In this document: positions 53,827 to 64,000 of the stretch, piece after piece | Position numbering within the stretch: position 1 is the stretch's first letter | Layout: each line of letters starts with the position of its first letter | Origin: Saccostrea echinata | Taxonomy: Eukaryota | Direction of reading: 5' to 3' | NCBI RefSeq assembly: GCF_033153115.1 | Contig: NW_026889762.1 | Span: forward strand, 372,001-436,000 | Length of the DNA: 64,000 nucleotides | Made by a program: the position numbers and the translations under genes | The notes under the pieces: model-generated | What the model was told of the DNA's origin: nothing | The model's input: only the letters and a program-made list of their open reading frames with translations | The model's database searches: none

Positions 53827-55204
53827 ATTAATTTTACCCCATGCGAATTATTTAGCTGGTTTGTACATTTTTTGCATGAAACTAATGTTTCTGGTTATAT
53901 ATATACGATATCAAATGTTGAGCAAGATACTCAATTATATAATAATAATGTGAGTGTTTCGGGAAGAAATGCAATAAATGTCATATTTGGGGGGGAAAAA
54001 AAAAACTCTTTTTTTTCAAATAGACAATTTACACATCAGAGGAAGAGTGTCAGGAGTACATGTTTACATTGTATCAACTTTCATATATTACTGACAATTG
54101 GGTATGCTAGACATATAATATCAATATACATCATATCTATAGTGGATTTGTGTTCCTTTTGATAGAATTGTATTATACCATTGTACCATAGACACCACCA
54201 TGACTACATGTGTCCTTACGCTAAAATCTATTTATTTATTTATTTTTTTTTTTTTATAAATTATGAAAAATGCCGCACACTATTGATTATAAATGAGGTG
54301 GGGTGGGAGGTACTCCAGCATGCTAGAGGTTCACGGTGAGATACTTTTGACTTGGCGCCGCGTAACCTCTAGCATACATTGTAAAAATTCTCGCCGCTGA
54401 AACCCCAAGTGGAAATAAATTTGATTAAAAATTTAGGCTTTAAACATTAACGAATGACACGAAACTATAAAATATTCACTATTTGCGATAATATTTACAC
54501 ATAAAACAATGTTAGTCTCTCGTATTAGCAATAAATCCATTATTTTAAAATCGAAGCAGAAATTAATACAAGTCGTCTGTTTGAATTCGGGAATGGAATG
54601 CAGAAAATTTGACGAAACGAAACTAGTTTTTCGCTATGAAATAACTGAACTTATCCTTTTCTGACTAGCAATCCCCAAAATTAACATGAGGTCAAATCGA
54701 AAGTAATTCTGATGACAGATTGAAATAATGACGGTTTTAATTAATGAACAATGATGAATACTGAATAAAGTGAATTTTAAGATTTCTTGTGACTTTTATA
54801 CCCCATGCAAACACGTACATGTAGGTACCTGAGAACTACGTGTTTACAGTTTATTTCACGCATAACATGTTCCGCCCAAAATCTCGGGCGGAACGAGCTC
54901 GTTAGAAAATGGCCTTCGGATGTAAGAGTCCGAGGTATATAAGGAGCGTAAGGACGTTAACCGAGGCTCTTACTTGTAGGAGTAGGGTGGGTGGGGGTTA
55001 TAATCAACATCAGAATTAATTTAAATTCATTTTTTTGCTGTTGTATTGGAATAAGTACTAGCATTTCCTAACGTCATTTTAATTCTGCTAGTAAATATAA
55101 CTTTATAATACAAATTTTAATCTTCTAAATTTTATGTAAAAAGGGCATAGCAGTATTGGCGCTTTATTTACAATTTTGAATTCATAACAACTTTTTTCTA
55201 AAAC

Positions 55205-55207
<3 letters not shown>

Positions 55208-55253
<46 letters not shown>

Positions 55254-55260
55254 AGGGAGA
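55208..55260. repeat. (GA)n microsatellite
   Basis: Seen directly. Confidence 0.95.
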
Positions 55261-56003
55261 GAAGATATATTTATTCATGAACTGAATGATGTACGACTTA
55301 CTTTTGTTTTGGTGTCGTTGAATAAACGTTTCCTGTTAACAAACACGTGTTGTGAATCCGCATGATTGAGGAACCCACAATCGATTAAAACATATCAGAA
55401 AACGATACATGGTGTCAGAAGTCGCGGATAAGTAAGACACGGCTATCATGGATTTATGCGGCATTCCCCACCGACCATGGACTGGTCTAGTTCGAATTTG
55501 CCCGAATTTGAACAACATGTGAAACTGATTTTCGCAGGCCCATTGAAAGAAAATGATGAAGAAGAACAAGTCTCATACCTTCTATTGTGGATTGGTGAGA
55601 AGGGTCGTGATATTTATAATACATTTCCAGCATTTTCGAACGATGATTTTAAAAAAAAAAACTGCAACCACACTTCGCTAGATTTCTCAGGTACGTTCAA
55701 CCCAAGTTAAAACCCAATCTTCGCGCAAGATACAAGTTTAACAATGAAGTACAGGGACCAAACACGTTTGATCAGTTTGTAACGAAATTGAAACTTTTGG
55801 CCAGAGACTGTAATTTTAAAGACATTGATTTAATGATTAGAGACAGAGTTGTGCTCGGTATTCAATCAGAAAAAAAAATGGGGAAAAGCTGATTAATGTT
55901 GGCGAGGAACTAACACTAGATGAAGCTGTACAGATAGCTCAGGCATACGAGTACTCTCAGGAACAGCTTAAACTCATGGGACAGCAGTCAGCACATGTGC
56001 AAG

Positions 56004-57590
56004 TGTAACGTGTAGGGGGGACGGGTTAAATCAAAACCGGTCTCTTCACTACACTAGGGATCGGGTCTGCATATAGAATTAGGCCTTAGGAATAATAAGA
56101 ACTACTCTAATGTGCGCAGCCGAAATATACAGATATGCGCAACGTATTTACAGAATAATATAAATAACATATTTACCGAACATGTCATGAATATACATGA
56201 GCCAAATCAAGGAAGACTCCGGGCGAAGACAAAAACTAATGCTCTACAGCACAAACAACTATATCACAAACACTCAAGACACAGAGTTTTACATTTTACA
56301 AGCACAGTAAAGCGACAGTCATAACTACATTATGATAAAGATTCAACAAACACCCACATAGGTAATGAATCGACAAACATTAGGACAACAGTCGAATAAC
56401 TCTGTGGTCTTCTTATACCTTCGCTATTAAACAAATATATACACTAAACTTCCCCAATCTTCCTAACCAAAATACTAATGCGCACAGCTCTACATCCAAC
56501 CAAACGAACTACGTCCATCTATCTACAAGACCTACTTTGTTCTCGAAATCTTTGTAATCGCGTGCTGGGCACTTCCCACATCTCATTAGACCCAGGTGTT
56601 ACATGCCCCCTCGGGATAAAAATAGATAAACCGTCCACGCGTATTTCGTTGTACACAAGGTAGCAAATCCTATAATAATCACTAACAACGCAATATTAAA
56701 TACACAAGTATATTAAAAGGTTAATGCGCTAATTAGATTATCAAACTGATACAAAAAAATTCGCTAAAATAAGACAGTCAGAGAACTGAAGTCGAATAAA
56801 TCAGGGACAGGTTAATTTACAAAATAATTCAACATAACTTTAGACTTTTCATGGCCGATATTCCGAATTCCGGAATACATCCGCGACATTACCCCCTCCT
56901 TTAGTTTATGCGTCCTCGCATAATCGTTTTTTTTTTCTATTTTTTTTTACCTTTACACATATAACATGCTTTATTTACATTTATATATATAACAGCTCTC
57001 TCCTCACCCATATGATTTACTGGACATAGTCTTTAAGCCAGAGGGTGGCCTTCGGATTCTCTTGTCAGATACTACATCTTCCTCAACTTGGGTATCCACT
57101 AAATCCTGCGTGGTAAAAGACTCAATTTTATCTTCTTGATTGTCTTCAACGACCTCATCCGCCAAATTTGAGGTTTCAGCAGTCGCAATCTATCGGCATG
57201 TATTATCTGCGACTTTTCCCTGTACCCACAGTTGACTTCGTATTATAAGTCTGACTTCTTTGAAACGATAGTGTATGGGCCCCTCCAGTATCCAAGTCTA
57301 CACCTTATGCACATCCATTTACAGAGAGGAGCGGAAGGAGACCATCCCTCCGGACAAAATCTGGATCCAATCCGACAAAGACTTCTGCCACTTCGACAAA
57401 GTTTCCATCTACAACAACGAAGACGAAGGCTTGCAGAAAATGCGGAAAGCGACATGGATCTCAAGATATTTGTCCGGCGCAAGGTCAGAGGTGAAACAAC
57501 TGCCACAGAATTACCTGTTCGCTCTGAGTAGTTTCGCGCTATTTCCCTGTTTGCCCTGAGTGGATTCACCCCGAGTGGTTTTCTTCAAAC
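56004..57590 (-). mobile_element. Nested second Gypsy element in the opposite orientation: 885-bp 3' LTR plus integrase C-terminus
   Basis: LTR 56004-56888 (TGT...ACA). Minus-strand PPT aaaggagggggtaa. GPY/F motif WRGPYTIVSKKSDL and tail RIRRPP/WLKDYV*. Confidence 0.8.
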
Positions 57591-59413
57591 ATACAGTGTG
57601 CTTGATGTTTATTTAAGCAAAAGTTGTTTGATTAATGAGTGTTTAGATTAATATAATTATTGAGCACTTTTATTAAAATCAGTTATGAGTTGCCGATCAA
57701 TACGAATAAATAATTATTTCCAGTCCGATTTTCACGACAGATCTATGATGCGAACTTTTCTTTTAAAAATCACAAACACGAAAAAAAAACAACTTAATTA
57801 ATTTGTGTTAAAATAAGTAAAATATATGTTAAGTTTAAGTGTTTCAATTTTATTCCAATAATCTCCGGGTAGCCCTACGCGACAAGCTAAAAGTAGAGTT
57901 AGACAGAATGGAGTCAGCACAGATCATCATCAAGGTAACGGAACCAACGGAATGGGTGAACTCATTAGTCGTTACTACTAAGCCAGCATCGGGAAAACTA
58001 AGAGTATGTTTGGATCCTATGGAACTCAACAAAGCTATTATGAGGCCACATTATCCTATGAGGACCTTAGACGATATCCTTCCTCAAGTCTCAGGAGCCA
58101 AGTACTTTTCTAAGCTAGATTCCAGCTCTGGTTACTGGACTGTTAGACTTTCACGTGAATCATCTCTGCTCATTACATTCAATACTCCATTTGGGAGATA
58201 CCGCTACTTGCATTTACCATTTGGCTTGAAGAACTCACAAGGCATCTTCCAGCAAAAGATGGACGAATGCTTCGAAGGAATGCCAGGAGTTGCTGCCATC
58301 GTTGAAGACATATTGGTTTATGGCAGGACACCACAAGAGCACAATGACAATTTAATCAAAGTGATAGATAGATGAAGGAGTGTGGGCATCAAGATGAACA
58401 AGGAGAAATTACAAGTTGGAGTTCAGGAAGTTGAGTGTTTTGGTCACATCCTCTCAGCAGATGGATTAAAGCCAGACCCCTCTAAGGTAGCTGCCATCAG
58501 GGATATGTAGCCCCCCTCGAACAAGTCAGAGCTTCAGACTATCATGGGTATGATCACTTACCTCTCAAAGTTTGCACCAAATCTTGCTAACATCACCAGT
58601 CCGTTACGTCAGTTGCTGCTGAAAGACACTGAATTTGTATGGGATGCACCACAGGCCCAGGCATTCCAGAAGGTCAAGGACCTAATAACTAGAACACCAG
58701 GACCTCTGCTTACATACTTTGACCCAGGAAAACCAGTAGTATTGGAGACTGATGCATCGCAGTTTGCAATTGGACTCGGAGCTACACTTTTACAGGACCA
58801 GTTGCATTTGCGTCGAAGTCACTCACCCCAGCAGAAGTCAAATACGCTGCAGATAGAGAAAGAGATGTTGTCTATCCTATTTGGCTGCAAGAAATTTCAC
58901 CAATACCTGTATGGTAGGGAAGTCCAGGTCCATACAGACCATAAACCCTAGCTGCCATTCACACAAAGCCACTCGCACAGACCCCAGCAAGGTTACAAAG
59001 GATGCTTTTGCAATTGCAGGTCTATGTTCTGAAGTTGACGCACATCCCAGGCAAAGACATACCAATTGCGGATACCCTTTCACACAAGTTTCTGCCAGAT
59101 ACTTACCCACAGCTAACAGCAGGCATGGATCTACATGTACATACAGTGATGTCCAGTACTCGAATGAGTGAAAGAAGATTAGAGGAAGTCAGATTAGCAA
59201 CCCAAGCTGACCCACAGATGAAGATTCTTATAAACATAATACATGATGGTTGGCTTGAAAAACGCAAAACATGTCCATCCCAAGCACTAAAATATTGGAA
59301 CCATAGATAGATGAGTTAGATATATAGATAGAGATATAGATATCGAGATAGATGGCATTATATTTAAGGGTTACAAGATAATCATACCAAGAGACTTAAG
59401 ACGCCAGATGATG

Positions 59414-60428
59414 CTCAGCTATTTTAAGGAAGGAAATGGAAAATGCGATCTAAGTACCTTCTTAAAATGTATTATTTTTAAAAATCTTTATAACAAAGTA
59501 ACTGGTTACATGTAGGAAAGGTAATATAGATATCCATAATGGATAGGTTTGGGTCCGCACACAGTACCATTTATATCGCATGTATCAGCTCTGTGTCACG
59601 TGACTGGTATAAAAACAGAATTGATAAGCTGAATGTAGAAAATGACGCTAGTGCAAGGGTATACGCATGTTTTTTGGAGAGAAAAAATGTTACACATTAA
59701 AAAAGATTTACATAGGCTACCCGAAAAGTGCTGGGAGCTAGTTTGAACTGCTTCGGAAATGCTCGTAATTTTGCTGAAAATGCGTACAATAGCTAAAAAT
59801 TCCTACTTTGCTTTATTTCTGTCATGAATGAAAATGCCACGCCAACCATAATCGGCTCCCAGCACTTTTTAAAATATATATGATATAAGCAATTGATATT
59901 CCGTATTTCAGCTCAAACAGTGTTTTCTATGCCCTTGCACTTTTGAGGTTAATTAGGAAAATAATTATCGTGTTAGCGATATTCTTTACATTCTCTGTCG
60001 TTGTGCAGCTCCAAAGCACCTAGATAAAATAATCTACATATGTGTTTTAAATAAATTATTGACTTTCAATATTACTGATTAGATTTAAACTTTTGCGATG
60101 GTTTTATATTTATTTAAGCATTTTTGTAATTATTAAACCACTGGATCCACTCCTCTGGATCACTTGTACTGCGTCAAGTCAAGGCTAGTGACTTCATTTC
60201 TGACATAAGATTTGCTTCTAATTACTCAGCAGTATTGTTATCAAATGTTGTGATTTAACATTCTTTTATAAATAATTGATAAAATAAATGAATGCAAGTT
60301 TTCATTTACGCATTATCATGTAGTTAAATAGATTTTTGTCGCTTGTGAAATTTTTAATGACGTCACAATGAAACTTCCCATACAGTGCATCACAAATGTG
60401 AACTCAGGCCTTCCTTAACGTAGCTGAG
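59414..60428. mobile_element. MITE inserted in the Gypsy integrase zinc finger
   Basis: TIR ctcagcta(tt/cg)ttaaggaagg, TG duplicated. Removal restores RQMMDAVHIGHMG. Confidence 0.85.
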
Positions 60429-61115
60429 TGGACGCTGTACATATCGGCCACATGGGTGTAGAAAAATGCTTGAGGAGAGCTAGAATCATTATATTTTGGC
60501 CCGGGATATCAGCAGACATCACAAACATGGTTCTGGAATGTGGAGTTTGCTTAGAGAGGAGAAACTCAAACCCAAAAGGAACCACTGATCAGTCATGATA
60601 TTCCAGACTACCCATAGGACACCATAGCTACAGATTTGTTCAAATGGAACAACCAGGAGCACCTGTTAGTGGTTTATTACTACAGTTGATACTTTGAAAA
60701 AGAGAAACTACACAAGACAACCAGTCAAGCTGTTATAGAAAAAATGAAGATGATGTTTAGTAGGATTGGTATTCCACGAAATTTTGTATCGGATAATGGT
60801 CCACAATAGGCAAGCCAGGATTTCTCCATATTTGCTCAGGAGTATGACTTTAACCATGTCACTTCCAGTCCAAAGTATCCACAATCCAATGGATTGGCGG
60901 AGAAGAATGTACAGATTGCCAAAAGAAGCTTGAATAAGAGCAAGGCAGATGGGAAAGATTATAATCTAGGACTACTAGAATACAGGACAACACCTTTGAA
61001 CTTTGGCTCCTCACCCGTCCAACTGTGAATGAGTAGGAAGTTAAGGTCTATACTTCCAGTATTTTCGGACGATCTAAAACCAAAGGTGCTAGTCAGGGTC
61101 AGGAAATTGATGGAA

Positions 61116-61161
<46 letters not shown>

Positions 61162-62050
61162 CTTCGATCGCAGTGCTAAGCCTCTACCACCCCTTTCAGT
61201 AGGAGACAGAATAAGGTACCAAGAAGGGAAACTATGTAAGCAAGGAATAATCACCAAAGATGAGGGAGACAGATCATATACAGTAAAAAGCACAGAGGGA
61301 GCAGTGTACCGTAGAAACGGACGACACCTGATCCACTCGAAAGAAAAATTTGAGCCTGATACATCAGACTCCAATATCGTCAATTTCACAGAACCTTCTA
61401 CTTTGCCCCCTACTCCAGCAAGTCCTCATTCTGTCCATCCAATCTCAGAGCCAGCTACTGAGGCTAAGGATGAATCTCCTGCTACACGTAACCCCACCCC
61501 TTATATCATTCGTAATGGTAGAGTTGTGAAACCCAAAGTAATTGTATCTGTTTAAATGTTTAAATGAGAAAATGGTTCTGTTCAATCAAACAAATGTGTT
61601 TACAGATTTTTTTTTGCATTTTTATTTGCATACCTTTTTACTCAAAAGAAGGGAGATGTAACGATATTATACGAATGTGTATATGTACTAATGAACTGAA
61701 CGATGTACGACTTACTTTTGTTTTGGTGTCGTAGAATAAACGTCACACGTGTTGTGAATCCGCATGATTGAGGAACCCACAATCGATTAAACATATCAGA
61801 AAACGATACAAAAATTTTATCATCTGGATTCACACCTGCCGAGTTCCTGTTATTTCCACTAAACCATCATCTTACTTATTTATAGCAATACCCCACCCCT
61901 CCCCCGTGCCCCCCGGTTCCTAAGGCCATGCTTATAAATTAATAAATTTTGCAAATAAACACCGAAACGGGTGCACCAGAGTTCTTAATAGGGTCGGAAA
62001 GTCTCGTTTACTTTCATTTTCGATTTGCAACTTCCGGGCAGCAGACCAAG

Positions 62051-64000
62051 ATGCCGCTGTGTTTTGCCTTCGGGTGTACCCATATGACTGGCGCGAATCG
62101 AACATGTAGTTTATTCAGATTTCCTACAGATCCAAAAAAGAGGAAGAAATGGATTGATAGATGCAGGTATACAAATGATAATACTAATTTTAACAAAACA
62201 TTAAACTGGAAAACCTGTCTGATAGATCCAAGCCCCGTGTCATGTTATCATGGTTATAGGCCTATACCAAACAAAACTTTGCAGGCCTTACATATACATG
62301 TATATCATTGTATTTACAAGGGAATAGTTATAAATTTAACCAATTAGTAGAAATTGTCAGATGATTGTTTAAGAAAGGAACAAAGAAATCGTGGCTTGAC
62401 TTTTCAGTGCAAATTAATATTTAGAATTATTTTAAAATTATCTTCTGTATTTATATGTCTTCACTCTGTCTCAATCTTCATGATTAACAGAACTTTTAAA
62501 ATCAGCTGGTATCATACATAATCTCTCAGACAAGACCCATATTAGAAATGCTTAATGTCCAATTTATTTTCATATTTTTTATACTTAGTAATATGAAATT
62601 AATTCAAAATAATAAAGAGAATACATGTGTAACAGAGTTAAAAGTGGCTATGCATTGTATATAGTGAGGCCACGCTCCTACTAGCACTAGCTAGTGGGTT
62701 AACCCTTTAGCTCAGTAAATAGAGTGATTTTAAATCTGAGGGTTGTAGGTTCAAGCCACAGTGTGGACACCCCTAGCTAATCAGTCATATTGGCGCTCAA
62801 CTACAAAACCCACATGGTGAGTGATGTTTATAGAGTCTCGTGTGTGAGATTTCTCAGGGGTAAGAAATCTCAAGAAGGGGGAAGTGTAACAGAGTTAAAA
62901 GTGCCTTTGTGTTGTATATAGTGAGGCCACGCTCCTACTAGCACTAGGTAGTGGGTTAACCCTTTAGCTCAGTCGGTAGAGCGTTGGATTTTGAATCTGA
63001 GGGTTGTAGGTTCGAGCCACAGTGTGGACACCCCTAGCTAATCGGTCATACAGGATACGATGTAGCATTACACCAAAAGTTTACATTAAACATATGAAAG
63101 TAAACTAACTGCTATTTATAGATGTGAGTTTAAATAATGTTGTACAAACAATTTTGAAATTATTAATTTGATTATATAGTATTGAATTTATCCTCAACCT
63201 TTTCAGGAGAGCAGATAGAGAATACAATAGTAATGATCGAATTTGCAGTTGCCACTTTAAAGATGGGAGAAAAGAGAATGGGCCGACAATTTTTGTATAC
63301 AGCAAAAATAATTGCTTTCCTGACTTTGTCGAGCCAAAAAGGTAAATATTTCTTACTTGACAGATCTTCATACATGGTTGCTTTCTAAAATTTATGTCAA
63401 TATGACTCTTTTTCATCTCCTCCTTCATTTATATGTATATATGTATATGTATCATTTATATGTAATGTATATGAGAGTTAGCTTGGTTTTCAATGATAAT
63501 TGTATATTTATAACTATTATTTTTTTTTAACTTTTAAAATATATATATTTGTTTATTGAAGAGCATAAAAATAATATTTTACAGACGCAAAATTACTGAA
63601 ACAGAAACAGAAGGAACCCTCAATACAGAGCAACCCAGACAAGCAGAGCTAAACCACAATGACCACGACTATGCAGTTTCTGGAAGTACTGAAGGTAAAA
63701 CAATTTTCATTTTGGCAAGACTTTCACTTATCACCTGATTTATCCACTGGGTCATGCTCACAAAAGGTTTAAAGTATTGGAGCCCTTATATTTTCATATC
63801 AGTTTGTTTTGCATGCCCTGTAAGATTATTGTTTGCAAAGACTGCAGTAATTTATCCTTTCATTATGATGCTTTTCATAAAAATATTACTTTGTGTGTAA
63901 TTTATTTGTATGCTTGACAGAAGGGTTCGATGGAGAATGTGCAATGACAACTTCACAGTGTGAAGGAGGGATCCACGCTGATCACAGTTATACTGCTTAT
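62051..64000 (+). CDS. THAP-domain protein, 3'-incomplete (possibly the N-terminus of an ISL2EU/Harbinger- or P-type transposase)
   Basis: join(62051-62166,63207-63341,63585-63694,63921->64000): [68 protein letters not shown]...NDHDY...ADHSY. Complete C2CH THAP signature; phases 2,2,1 are consistent. Confidence 0.88.
62628..63050 (+). mobile_element. TRIM-like non-autonomous LTR element with tRNA-derived sequence in its LTRs (Ajax-like)
   Basis: Direct repeats 62628-62789 and 62885-63050. 95-bp interior with PBS tggcgctcaac and PPT aagaagggggaag. Flanks catg/cagg. LTRs contain tagctcagtcggtagagcg...gaatctgagggttgtaggttcgagcc. Confidence 0.88.

Larger units (their letters stand above)
55277..61810 (+). 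mobile_element. Decayed Ty3/Gypsy (Mag-like) LTR retrotransposon
   Basis: LTRs 55277-55409 (5'-clipped) and 61657-61810. PBS tggtgtcagaagt (tRNA-Leu-type) at 55410-55422; PPT aaaagaagggaga. gag MDWSSSNLPE...SYLLLWIG; RT 57865-58500 (LRVCLDP, FNTPFGRY, VEDIL); RNase H (TDASQ, EKEML, TDHKP); integrase 60430-61100 (HIGHMG, SDNGP, YPQSNGLAE). Many stops. Confidence 0.92.

Noticed and set aside
54311-54984. TA|CTCC-ended MITE
   Set aside because: The TIR match is short and ambiguous.

Overview
AT-rich eukaryotic genomic DNA, most likely an oyster or other bivalve. This is inferred from the repeat families: a ~167-bp satellite inside Helentron-like elements, a Deu/Nin-type tRNA SINE and Penelope-like elements. 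Most of the window is nested transposon debris. The main finding is a 10-exon, phase-consistent gene (31003-53826, +, 325 aa) that the ORF track shows only as fragments. It encodes a type I membrane protein: signal peptide, 10-Cys ectodomain, TM helix and a cytoplasmic SAM-like domain. Also present: a decayed SETD8-like SET pseudogene (-) upstream of which lie a structured terminus and a (TA)n tract; a decayed Gypsy element with two nested insertions; and an intact-looking spliced THAP gene running off the right edge, whose intron 1 holds a 423-bp LTR element with tRNA-Lys-like sequence inside its LTRs. All calls are manual; no database searches were run.
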